From contig NW_003314263.1 of NCBI RefSeq assembly GCF_000143415.4, forward strand, positions 3,420,451-3,484,450: 64,000 nucleotides of DNA, read 5' to 3'. Source of the stretch: Selaginella moellendorffii. Lineage: Eukaryota > Plantae > Lycopodiophyta. A program made the position numbers and the translations under genes. The notes under the pieces are model-generated. The model ran no database searches. It saw nothing but the letters and a program-made list of their open reading frames with translations, and had not been told where the DNA came from. This document shows, in pieces, positions 38,401-50,640 of the stretch. The first letter of the stretch is position 1. Each line of letters opens with the position of its first letter.

Positions 38401-41053
38401 CAGTTTACTAACACTTAAACAAGAGGGGCTAATAAAGAGAACTAGCAATACCAACCTCCTGCTATTGTGGCAGTCAGGAAAGAGTGTCTGTAAGGATTGG
38501 CCTACAGGTAACTTTCAATACCTGAAATCACATTCACGACACAAGGATAGGCACAGGAGCTAAACTATGCCTCAGGTTGATCAGCCATGCCCGACCTACC
38601 CACTATCCCTACTATACATCTAGAAACCCTCATAGCCCCCCCTTGAGGAACACACGCTTTGGGCTTTCACTCCAAGCATCCCTTAGTATCAAGAGTTAGT
38701 CTCTAGGACAAACTCAAAACTTACTAAATATGGAATGGCACTAGATTGTGAATTTGGACACGGGACGAACACTATTGTGTTCAGGCCAATCTCTACATTC
38801 TGTATATATATGCCAAATGAGCAAATCTAGACACTTTCCATAAATAGCATTTGAGACCGAAATGAGACTAATACAAAGGGTATGATAGCAAGGGTGTTTG
38901 GCAGACATGGTAAGCTATCATCTAGCAAATATTAAGGGACCAATCTTAATATCATAGGGGTTCTTGATACTAGCAAGTGCAAACCAATGACTCAAGTTTC
39001 TCAAACCAAGCCGAGTATGCTCAGCAAGAAACACATAGGGTTCCTACCTTATGTTTATCCAATCTAAATACATAATCATTAACCATTTGTTCAACTAGCT
39101 CAAGTGGGAAACTAATAATGGGTCTAGCAATACCAACTTCCTGCCATCGTGGCAGTAAGGAAAGAATATCCGAAAGAACTAGTTGACAGGTAACTTTCAA
39201 TACCCAAAGTCACATTCGCGACAAAGACGTCCACAATGTGAGTTCTTTTTGTTGCGAGGGTGATTGCTAGGCCACACATGCGCTTATGTGGAGAATGTCC
39301 GTGACAATAATCTTGCTCGAAGGTCTGTTCTTTCAGAATTGCAGTTTGAACGGTTTTTAATCAGCTATTTTGAGAGTGGCAGGGAACGAGTACATGCAGC
39401 CTTTCAGCATCAACGGTGTTTTCAGGTGAGTGTCCCCATATCAACTTTTGTGAAACCACTTGTGAGAAGTTTACTATTGCAGAACCATCATTATAGCAAA
39501 TAACATTCCAATTTTCACAAATGAAGATTTCAAAAATATTCGGAGTATCGGAAATAGGGAGGATTCGTTTAATTTACTTGCTGAGATGGTCATTCCCTGA
39601 TCAAGAAAGCCGTTATCGGTGGATTGGAGAAAAATCTAGTAAAGCATCCTATATGGAGCACTATGAAGTTTCTTCAACACTCTTTTGTTGCACTCATTGC
39701 AAAGCTATAGGAATTATGAGCATTGCACCGCTTGCAATTTCTACTACTTTCTGAGGATCGTCTGGAGCAAGACTCAGCTGCAAGATCTATTCAAGAGATT
39801 GGTAGGCCTTTTAATGCACTTGTGGCTTGACTCTTTTCATCCTCAGGTGAAGATGTTTTAAGGGGATGGTCCAAAGTTGAGTTGAGTTCACGAGTTAAGC
39901 TCAATTCAATATAAGTCAACTCAAGTCAACACAGTCAACTAGAAGTCTTAAAAAGGAAATCTAAATTGAACAAATGAAGGTTCTAGCAAACTTAAATACA
40001 TAAATATCTTAGTTAGAAGTTTCTATAAAATTGAATTGTTTATAAAATACAAAGTTCACGAGAACCTATCTTTTATAAAGCTATATTATTTTATTATGAC
40101 TATTGTTACAGCTGTTATATTTTGATTTGACTACTTAATATTTGAATACTTTTACAACTATAGATACTATTCCTTCATTCAAAAGATTTTTAGGGAAGTA
40201 AGGAAAATACAAAATCTGTGAGTAAGAATTGTAGTGCAAAAGAATATAAGAATGCTAGTTTTGTTTCACTACCACAATCTTCATATTACACTCTTGATCC
40301 TTATTACCCATCTAGGAATGTGGAGACCACAATCACGATTAATAAAAATGCTCCTGTTACTTCTAAAACAATAGTTCAGAGCAAGAGAAATGAAGAAATG
40401 AATAGCATGGCAAAAAGCACCAAGAAATCTACTCTATAAAACTTTCCATGACATTTGTAATTTACATATTAATTCATATTAAAAACTTTGTTGCCTACCT
40501 ATATTGCAATCCTCTCATATAATAAGACCAAGGTATACTTTTGCAGTGAATCCTCATTAAAAGTTTTCGGGAGTTGTTTGTGAATAATAATAAAAGAAAT
40601 CAAAATCTTTCAAAAGACTCAAAAGTAATATCACATTAAAGAATCAACTTTATTTACATTTCCAAGACTGAAAAACAATCTTGCACAAGAGAATGGTAGC
40701 GTGCCAACGTGTTCTACCACTATAATGTGGTATATATTTCCTTGCAGTTTATTTCCCTAGACATTTGGCATGTGTAGAAAAGAATATATATGTAGCAAAT
40801 TAGGATTTCATATAATGATAGAGCATGTGTATACATGATAATCTAAAATTCTAGAAGCTCTTATGTTTACAAGAAAGCTATAATTATGAAGCCCCATTTC
40901 CAAGACTAACATTTAAAGAATCTGAGTATTGTCAGTGTTATAATAAATAAACCTCATTCCCAAGACTAAAACTTAGTATATAAACTATCTAGAAAAGTTA
41001 TTGTCATCATAGGTTTTTTGTTCTCCTTGAGCTCCTTAGAAGTTTGTATTAAA

Positions 41054-41599
41054 ATGGCTCAAAAGAGAGTCATTGCTACTCATACTTGGCCCCCTAGCAT
41101 TTCATATCAATTTTCAACTTCATCCCCAAGTTCTATCAACATTCCACCTTCACCTCCACATAACAATCCTTTTTCTGCTAAGGGCTCTAATGAAGCTTAA
41201 CTAGAGCTCCCTATATGTGAAATTCCAAATCTTGCTACTAAAGAGGGATTGCCTCCAGCACTTCAAAAGCAATGCCACATGTTTTTGCAAGATTTTGCTC
41301 TTGATATGGTAAGACTACTTGAAAGCATAGAATGCTATTACATTCGATGTCCAATATGCTACTTTTTCTTGGAAAAGACAAATGGCTCTATGGGTTTACA
41401 AAATTTTCTTGAGCATTGTAACAATTGCCCAATGCCAGGTCTGGAAAATGTGCACGTGTGGATGTATAATAAATTCAAGAATGAGTTACAGACACATACC
41501 CATTATCGCTTCATGGTGAGGAACAACATCCCTTTGGGAAACATTGCATCAGCTAGTGCTAAATATGGGGTTTTTAAGCCACCCTACAGTGGAATATAA
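41054..41599 (+). pseudogene. small ORF with CPIC-x-HxxxC (C2HC-like Zn finger), one internal stop
   Basis: ORFs 41018-41200 and 41249-41599 are in the same frame, separated by one TAA; ATG at 41054; RCPICYFF...FLEHCNNC. Confidence 0.45.
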
Positions 41600-41989
41600 G
41601 ATCTAAAATTACTTTACTATACTATAGTATTGTCACTATTAAAATAAAAATATAATAAAATGATATTAGTTGTAGATAACATACTTTGTTCTAGAAGGTG
41701 CTATTATATCACATACAATTGTATACAAAATGTTGAAGGAGGAGATGGTAACACATAAGTGCTATAAAGTGATGGTGACAGGTGAGAATGATAATTTGCA
41801 ATTATGATATTTGATACTAACACTAATATCTGACAATTTGACTAACATCTGACACTTTCATAGACATCTGACATATAACAAGCTTTTTATTTTATGTAAG
41901 GATACAATTAACTTTCTTTTGCCTCATCATCAACATATTGATTTCTTTTATACTTCCTCCTATATTGGTATTATGGGGAAGATTCACGT

Positions 41990-44900
41990 TGCATATGTTG
42001 AGCCATGGCTTCTGCATAGTCAGGGAGACTTCCAAAGCCTCCAATTCTAGAAACTCCAGGTGACTATGATCTATAAAATAAAATTAAACATTTATTGAAA
42101 TTTTAATAAACATAATTTACCTCCTTGAGGTTAGAGGCAACTCACGAAATCTTTTGAGCCAGCGTTTGAAGAAATGATGTTCTTCAAAAGCAAACGCCGA
42201 CCTACTAGAGTCACGTGTTGCCTCCACCATAGAACCGCTACCTACTGTGCAATCAATCACAACACTATCTGGTCGGCAATAGAGCTCAAGCAAGACTTGC
42301 ATCACCAATGGAATTCAAAATCAGTACCCTGGAAACATGTTGCGGATTTGCTTATCGACAAGGTTGGATATGATGTTAGTGGAACTGGTGTACTTGGGAA
42401 AATCACGTGCTGCACGTTCGCTATCACAAAACCCATCATATGTGTTTTTGCAGAAGGCATGATAGGTCCACATCATAACCTGGAAAGTAAAAATGTTTAG
42501 AAATTAGATAAAAATATAAAATACATACTCACCTTTTCAAGCTTCCCTTAGATGCCCCTTGCATCGACACCAATAGGATCCATGATGCACCCTGAAGAGA
42601 ATGACTTGAAATGAACTTCTACTGCGCACATCATAAGCTCATACATCCAGTTGGGGTCGTTTGGTAGGATGAAGATGACATGGCCAACTTCGAGCATAAG
42701 TGCTTCAAACAAGAGGAATGCATCACGTATGTGGTCAGGTGTGAGAAAGTTCTAATCCTCAACTTTCCCATCAATATTTGAAAGACCATTTGGAAAGTTG
42801 AAGAGAATGAAGTCTGCAACTGGGAGTAAGGGCTTTCATATCTTTTAGCACTAACGGTTGAACTAACACCATATATCCATGTTGATGTCATCTTCTGTGA
42901 AAGATGTCAACAATCTACTGTAAGAGCCAATGAAGATACCCACAATGCCTTATTGTGTTATTGGGGACACAGGACAAACCTATAAAAGAGCTAAGTGAAC
43001 GAAAAAAACAATAAATAATATACTACTGTTATATGGCATATTGTTGATGAGAGTTCCTCCAACTTCTCTTTACGAGCATCTCATTGAGCTAGAATGAAAT
43101 TACTACCAACAGTCATTGCTACAAAAAACATGTATTACCACCTTTATTTTGTAAAATTCACTTTTGCTTACCTCGAGATTGATGTGAAATTCTGTGAACC
43201 ACTTGATTATCATTATTTACTAGGAGAACCTGATCCGGATCTTGGTTGTTTGGTGGTGGAATACAAACTTGATCTAGAGCTTCCTCATTCTCGTCTCCAT
43301 CATCACTTGCATTGCTATCATTGCTAACATTGACAACTTCCTTGTGGTCTAGTGTAGACGTCTCCTTCCCTAGGAGCTTGAACTCCCAAGGGCATTCTAT
43401 CTTCCGTACCTTCGGAATTCTTGCAAACATTGTTGGGTACATCCCTCCATCCCTTACGCCCTTTGCAACAAGTCGAGTGCAAACTGGTGCCTCAAATGGC
43501 ATGCCTCTATATCAAAGATACCTGTAAATAATATATATTTTAAAAAAAACTTAGAAATCATATTATATTTGTAAGTTGCACGTCACATGAAATAAGGCTG
43601 ACCATGTTGACAATCATAAGTTGTTGTGCTTATAGACTTCTCTAGCACACCCCTCTTCAATCCCTTTTAATGATGTGTTGATATAGGTGTTGAAAGACAT
43701 GAATGTGCCATCTGGATCGTCACCAAAGTGCGGTGCCAAGAACTTCTCACCTTCACTTATAGTTTGCGTGATGTAGACAGCTCTTCTTATCATGTTCTCA
43801 AATAGTTTTGGCAGTCCTTTCTCTCTGTTCATCAAGCAAACATTGAGGAACTCCAGAGTCTCTATCTGTTGCTTATATGGAAGTTTCGATTTTGCAATAT
43901 TGTAAATTATGTCATCTAGAGTTTTGTTCACTGCAAAAGTAATATATGCGTAATTGAGAAAAATGAAGTGTGATAAAAAACTAACTTTCATGAGAAGAAA
44001 TTTTGGCCATAGTCTCTAGCCACTCCTTCGGCCTATGATTGTCTGTAATGCATATTAATTTTTTCAACTTTGAAGACTTTGCATGCTGACTTTTGTGCTC
44101 AATTTGTATGAACTCAGCCGAGAGCTCTTCCCGACTCTTCTCCGGATGTGCAAGTTCGTAAGCATCTTGCTTGACCTTCACCAAAGGTTAAAAACAAAAA
44201 CAATTAAAAAAGGCTTTTATAAAATAAAAGGGAAAGACATACCTTGTACCACATAGTGAGCATAAAATTGATTGGGTTGTTGAACTAAATTGTACCGTTA
44301 TTTTGAGTGTATGAGTGAAGAATAAGTGTTGCAAAATCATCACTATAATGTCAGTGGATGTCATCCTCACTTAAGTCTGCCAAAAATTGAAGTTGCTTGA
44401 TGTCATGGACAAGGTTTTTTTTTTAATAGCAAACTGCCCAAGCCTGCATTTAAACACGACAAAATAAATTAAAGTGGAGTTAGAGGTAAAATTATAAAAC
44501 TTATGCATTGATCTTTTGGTAAGCCAAGATAAGTCTGTTGACATCCAAAAGTCCTCTCGCATAGACATAGCCGACTGGAATGTTGATATGGTAGACGGGA
44601 TCATCGTGAAAATGATTGTCAATACACTTCATCCAAGCCCCATATCAATGGTTATGTCAATAATTTGGAACATTGTCCCCACAAATTGTCGAGTCTTAGG
44701 ATGTCTGATAAGCATATTATCAAATTCCAGGGACTTCCTCCTCTAGATAGGATCCCAGCTATTCACAGTCTTGGGTGTGACGGTAATGATCTCCATTATT
44801 CCTGGCTTACAAAAAGAGACTAGAAACATACTGATATTCATTGCAAGGCCATTCTGTTTAAACAAGCTATATATGTCCGGGTTAACATACTTGGATGCTG

Positions 44901-45513
44901 TGTGGACAAGGTTCGTCTGGTGCAAACGGCAAAGTGGGGTTTCTCTGATCAAGTCACAAGGGCCTAGCCACTTGAGTGCCTCAAGTGTTTGGTGAACTAT
45001 TTTTTCCCTTGTCCACATAATATTCTCTTGGAAGTGTTTGTCCACCACGTTGTCAGGAAAGTCTGCAACTCTTTCAGCTCTAAGTTGTTCTTCCTCAACT
45101 TCTCTATCGTGAACACCACCAGATTGCCCAACTTTAGGAATTTGTGTTGGTGGTGGGCCAGTGAGGAATAAAGGTGGAGGTGGCAGTGGTGATGGTGGGG
45201 GTGGTGGTGGTGGTGGCAGGGGTGGAGGCAATAGTGGCAATGGGGGTGGCAATGGTGGCGGTGGCGATGGTGATGGCTGTGGTGATGGTGGCGGTGGCGG
45301 TGGTGATGGCTGTGGTGATGGTGGTGGTGGAGGTGGCGATGGTGGTGGTGGAGGTGATGATGGTGGAGGTAGTGGATCTCTAAGTAAATGTGTTTCTGTT
45401 GATGTGCCATTGGACATATCAATCGTGATGTCGTCATCAATGTCGAATTGAACTTCTCGTGTCTTCTTGGCTCCAACAACCTTTTTATGTGTTACAATTT
45501 TTCTTTTCCGCAA
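41990..45513 (-). pseudogene. multi-exon gene: Pro-rich N-terminus, ParB/Srx-like domain, beta-class N6-adenine/N4-cytosine DNA methyltransferase-like domain
   Basis: FQIID[fs]NH*YGAW at 44670-44633 (ParB IIDGNHR motif); ADFILFNFPNG at 42817-42785 (motif IV position); LLELYCRPDSVVIDCTVGSGSMVEATRDSSRSAFAFE around 42254-42231 (motifs X-I-II); short GT-AG introns; stops are TGA/TAG derivable from CGA/TGG. Confidence 0.7.
45175..45372. repeat. (GGT/GGC)n trinucleotide tract encoding poly-Pro on the minus strand
   Basis: Direct reading; lies inside the 256-aa minus-strand ORF. Confidence 0.9.
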
Positions 45514-45603
45514 GAGAAAAAATTTTGTTAGTCAAACTAAATAAAGATAATAAAAAATTTAAATAGTCAAAGAGAAGGAAAAAAAAAGAAGTGGGCCCAA
45601 ACT

Positions 45604-45892
45604 CCACCTCGAGCACTTTGGTTGCGTAGGAGGCCGAGGTTATTCAAATAACCTCGGCCCCCTGGGCAACCAAAGTGCCCAAGGTGGCCAGCCTGAGCTA
45701 GAACTCAGGCACTTTGGCCACCCAAGGGGCCAAGGTTATTCAAATAACCTCTTTGAATAACCTTGGCCCCTCAGGCAGCCAAAGTGCCTAAGATGGCCGG
45801 CCCGAGAAAGACCTCGGGCACTTTGGCCGCCCAAGGGGCTGAGGTTATTCAAATAACCTCGGCCCCTCGGGCAGCCAAAGTGCTGGAGGTGG
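45604..45892. repeat. three tandem ~85-bp palindromes (period ~100 bp) centred on GAGGTTATTCAAATAACCTC
   Basis: Arms GCACTTTGG...GGCCGAGGTTAT / ATAACCTCGGCC...CCAAAGTGC at 45604-45687, ~45704-45790 and ~45811-45892. Confidence 0.9.
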
Positions 45893-46019
45893 CCAGCCCT
45901 GAAGAAGCAATCAAGAAAGAAACAAAAAGAAAAAAAACAGAAGTGGAAGCAATCAAATCAAAATTCAACCTTGGTGGCATCTTTCCTTCCCGATTTCTTG
46001 ATTGTGCTGGATTTCTCAC

Positions 46020-46300
46020 ACGCTCAATTTCTCCCGCTCCTGCGCTCAATCTCTCCCACTCGTGTGCTCAATCTCTCCCACTCGCGCACTCAATTTCTCT
46101 GGCTCGCGCGCTCAATCCATCTTGCTCGCATGCTCAATCTCTTGATCTCTTGCAAGCTCAATCTCTCAATCTCTTGTGTGCTCAATCGCTTGATCTCTTG
46201 CAAGCTCAATGTCTCGATCTCTTGTGTGATCAATCGCTTGATCTCTTGCGCGCTCAATCCCTCAATCTCCTCCGCCCTCAATCCCTCAATCTCTCGCGTG
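46020..46300 (+). repeat. degenerate ~24-bp tandem repeat (gctcaatc.ct.gatctcttg)
   Basis: Direct reading; explains the AQSLDLL repeat in ORF 45763-46395. Confidence 0.8.
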
Positions 46301-47408
46301 CTCCACTCACGGTTAACCTAATCTTAGTGGCTACCCTAACCCTAATCTTGATGGCTGCCCTAACCCTAACCAATCTGGCCATTCATTCCGAATAACCTAA
46401 ATCTCAACCATCACAATTCTTTCGATCTTATTTTATCTTATCATTATTATTATATGTGAATTATGGTTCTTTATTTTGTATATTTTAATGATGATATAAC
46501 TAGCACCTATCAACATTACTGTTATTAGATATAATATTATTTTTTACAAATTATTTTGAAAGGTGCATTGTCATCAATATTTTGTACATATTTTGGAATC
46601 GTTACTAGAACTTTAGAGAGTATAAATAAGGCACCTTAAAATATGTTGTACTATATCCATCTGTGAATGGATGAATCCTCATCCAAAAATTTATTTTGTG
46701 TTGTATTAGATCCTAAACAATAGGCATGTGCTTTAAATGTCATTGAGTAGTGTTCACAATTATGGATAAAACTTGAGTTGCACTACAAATCAAAACTCTC
46801 ATTGAAGAACCAGATTTGACAAGATTTATTATCATCTACCACTTAAAATTTGACAACTTGACATATCACATGTGTTTACAGTCAGATTGGATTTCTTGGT
46901 TTGATACATTATAGCAGAATGTCATTATTGGTATCATTATTAACTATCAAACTTCACGTGCTGAAAATCCTTCTTTGGATCTATGTGTATACATGCATCA
47001 AACATCATAATAGATGACAGTAATATTAATATTGTCACACTTGCACATGTTAAATTTGCTATAGAATTTAAATTCATTTTGTACGTTGTTGATATTCTTC
47101 TTATTGCTCTGTTTATATTTCAATTATATTTCACTATAGATTTTTACAAGTAGCATAAAGAGAGGGAACTCCAAAACCTATTGAGAAGGATGGAGAGGTT
47201 TCTTCTTCATTTTCGAGATCACCCACCTCTTTCATTCTCTCAGAGTACTGTTTCTGAAAGTTTTTTATGTCAGCATTTTGATCTTTGTCTTAGCTCTATT
47301 TCTTTAGACATTGTGATTTGCAATGACACTAGTATAGTTGCATGCTCGGAGTTTCTTCTTTCTAGTATGGGCGAGGGTGGACAATAATAAGATTTAAGGA
47401 ATTCTAAG

Positions 47409-50400
47409 TTGAAAGAGATTCGAGTTTTTGGATTTCTAGTCAAAGTGCTAAAATGTGCTCCAGCCAAAGTGAATGTGAAGCAAGAGTCAGTTGTTATCCT
47501 CTCGTCCTCTTTTAGTTCAAGTGGAGAAGTCATGCTCATGTCAGCACCAAATTCACCAGCTCCAGCTTCAGCTCTAGCTCTAGCTTCAGCTCCAGCTCTA
47601 GCTCTAGCTCTAGCTTCAGTTCCAGCTCCAGCTTCAGCAATATTCAAAGCCGTTAGCAATGCTTTCCAATTTTCGCGCCTCTCAATCAATGTGCACTTGT
47701 TTTTGTATAGGCTTGTGAGCGAGCTTCCATCCTCCTACAATGGCAATATTTTCTTCGAGTTACCACCTCTTGTCAGTAGCACAGGTTCCAAACAAAAGGG
47801 GATGGAAACCAAGCAGCATGTCCACAATTGGTGCAAGATCAAGACCACACACTTCCAACATCTTGAAGGCATAGTGTCTATAGTTCATTGTGGCGAGCAT
47901 TTAGATTGCGTGGATGAAGTATGCAATTGAGACTGCTGTGGAAATTCTATATTTTTCGAAGGGTCTGAAAGTCAATCCTCCAGCCTGTGACACCATTGCT
48001 TTTGGATTCAAGTATCGATTCTACAAAAATGTTCCTCTATGTCGTGCTATCTGCAAGGCCAAAATGTACTACTGTCTTCCACAAGATGAAGTGGCTGGAA
48101 AAGCTGCAGTGCATGTTGGCACACACATACATCCAATGCAGGAAGGGATACAAAGGAGTTCTCTCAACCGTTTCAAAGATGTTGTGCAAGAAGAGACTAT
48201 GAGAAACTCATCTACAACTCCGAAACATGTTTAGAAGACCATCCTCAAGGATTTTATCGCAAACACTTTACTCAATCTAGATAGCCAAAAAACTGAACTA
48301 AACGAGGCTAGCTTGCGGGACTTACTATAAGGAGTACAACTTGCTACTAGCCTAAGGAGGTACATCTGTTATATTTCATATGTTATAATAATATCTTTTT
48401 CTTACATTATATTGTTTAGGACAAAATCTTGGATGTGTGAATCTTGAGAGAGGAAGTTATAATCAAAAATTGACTCCATCCTTGAATTGAAACGGACCTG
48501 TCCATATGAGTTCATCCACGAAAGTTTATTTCTAGACTAAGTTGTGAATGAGTAAGAGTGCCCCTTATACGAGTTCATCCACGGAAGTTTATTTCTAGAT
48601 TAAGTTGTGAATGAGTAAGAGCGCCCCTTCGTCTTCAAAATGTCTACTATGGGCCCTGCCTCTGGTGTAGATCTTGTCTCCCGAATGAACATGTTTGGCT
48701 CTAATGATCTTGCAAATGCATGGGTACATTTTGACCATATAGAGTGCATATCAAGTTGAACAACTATGGGAGCTCATATGTATGATCTAGGGTAATTTTT
48801 ATTCTCATTATATTGAAATTGTTGTAATATTTGTGTCTTCATAGGCTACATTGTAACTTGACAATTGTGATAGCAAAGTTTAAAGTACAAAACAAGACAG
48901 CCCAGGAAATATGTTGGAAGTCCCTCTCCGATATTGTCTTAAAGCAGACTGGTAAGCCTGCAAACTTTTGCGGTTTCATGGCAGATGGGGCTGGGGCTAA
49001 TTGGAATGGTGTCCAGGCAGTATTTGGGAATGGTCAACCCCTAGAAGGTCGTGAGAGGACTTGTAAGTTCCATTGGGCTTAGAGCCTAAACCAACACTAC
49101 CCCTTATCAAGCTAGATTTCCAATTAACATTTAAGGAGTTGTGCAAACAATGGCAGATTGCACCTTCTAAAGAAGAGCATGAGGCAAAAACAAACGAGAT
49201 TCAAATGTGGTAGCATGAAGATGGCCATACAAACGTAAATTGTCTACCACAACTTGAGTCATGGTTAGGGTGGTGGGAAGTTAGGATGTTCCAGTGGGGA
49301 CATCACTCTTTTCAGGTTGGTTTCTATTTTTTCTTCTCATTTTATTACTTTTTAATATTGCTTTTTCTATTAGGATCAACCACTTGAGGACCTCGCATAT
49401 ACCCCAACTGTGAATCTTTCTGAAAGTAAGCACTGGAGTTGGCATTCCTCTGAGGCAGGGAAAGGGAAGATGAGTCTATATGAAGCTTGTCTATCATATT
49501 TAATATGGGCTATAGAGCAATCTTTAAAAGTACTAGCATTCGATGAAGAAAGATACATAGGAACAAGGCCTTCTATTAAGATGTTACATGATAGGATGAA
49601 GAGAAAATTAATTCCACCCGCCCGAACAATGGCAATTGCAGTTAAGGAAGTGGTCCGTGGCACATCTATGGAGTACACTCCTCGAGCTTCTATTGGTGAT
49701 ATGAAGACTGTCTATTCAAAGTGTCATTTTTCCTTTGTTGGTGAAGATGTTGGTACGGACCTTGGAGCACAAAGTTCTCATAGGCTTGATATCGAGTACC
49801 ATTCTGCTCCAAGACACTGCTATTGAACCGAGCCACCTCAAGTGGCTGATGAAGAAAGTGCATCACAACATGTCGAAATTGCTTACTGTAGCGTGGAGCC
49901 GAAAAAATGGGCAATCCATCAAGTGTCAGCAAAATTGAATGTAAAGTGTGTGGGGATGCTTCCGAGGGGCCTGGATTCATGGTGACAAATCTACTTCTGT
50001 TCTAGCCCTATGTTTCTATGGGGAATGAAAACAAACAGGATTTTCGAGATGGTGCTGGCTGTATTGTTGCAACACCGATGCCAACCATACGAAGCGGTTT
50101 GAAGACACTATAGTGACTAAACCTAATGCAATACCTAAAGAATGGCCGGTTGCTAATAGGGTCGCGCTCATCTTGGATGAGATTGAAAACCTTGAAAACT
50201 CTGGTTTCAATCTTGAGAGGAGAGTTGAAGATATAAGTGACAGAACTAGGACTATTCCTACAGAGATGCACAAGAGTCTAGCAAGATAAGGTAAGGTAGT
50301 TAAATTTATTGGTACCGTCTCCAAGCAGAAGCAGGGTAAAATAAGCTTAGCTCAAACACTTGAGTGTGAGATTCTCTCCACAAAGTATATCATTGCGCTT

Positions 50401-50640
50401 GCAAAGAAGTACATAGTCAAAACAAAAGGTGGAAAGTACACAATTGCCAATCAAGACTTTCCTTCCTACACATGTCCAAACTTTATGAAGCGCAAGGAAC
50501 ATGGGAAGGCATATGCTCTTTGCAAGCATATGTACTACATCTTCATCAACATCTTGCACTAGGATTCTAAAGTGGATATTCATATACACCAAGTAAGCCT
50601 TATTATTGCTGAGCTCTAGAAAACATTTGGAGCTAACTAG
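47409..50640 (+). pseudogene. MULE transposase with N-terminal WRKY/GCM-like Zn finger and C-terminal SWIM finger, many stops
   Basis: LCRAICKAKMYY...HVGTHIHP; GFMADGAGANWNGVQAVFG...CKFHWA* (MULE core with CxxH); PS(Y)TCPNF...LCKHMYYIF SWIM at ~50460-50545; short introns; ~62-bp internal duplication at 48505-48630. Confidence 0.8.

Larger units (their letters stand above)
22220..38541 (-). mobile_element. full-length family B LTR retroelement (5' LTR 37406-38541; 3' LTR 22220-22708 + 30289-30741), internal region without intact ORFs
   Basis: Perfect TSD CAAGG (22215-22219, 38542-38546); PBS TGGTATCAGAG (rc ctctgatacca ~37393-37403); PPT aaggggggagag (rc 30742-30753) preceded by gypsy-like gacgaggacgtcga. 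Confidence 0.88.
14057..39223 (-). mobile_element. outermost solo LTR of family B (pieces 14057-14322, 21982-22219, 38547-39223) hosting all nested insertions
   Basis: Pieces join into one ~1.2-kb LTR colinear with 37406-38541; TG...CA ends; TSD AGGAC (14052-14056) / AAGAC (39224-39228). Confidence 0.8.

Noticed and set aside
39229-39850. Possible host exons interrupted by the LTR nest (with ~13500-14050)
   Set aside because: Splice-like signals are present but I could not obtain a recognisable translation.
44997-45479. Poly-His and poly-Gly ORFs
   Set aside because: Alternative frames of the (GGT)n tract; the poly-Pro frame is the one continuous with downstream coding sequence.
46330-46372. 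Telomere-like accctaaccctaa
   Set aside because: Only 2-3 units; at most a telo-box-like motif, not an interstitial telomere.
45763-46395. 210-aa ORF with LRR-like AQSLDLL repeats
   Set aside because: Produced by the palindrome array and a 24-bp tandem repeat; non-ATG start.
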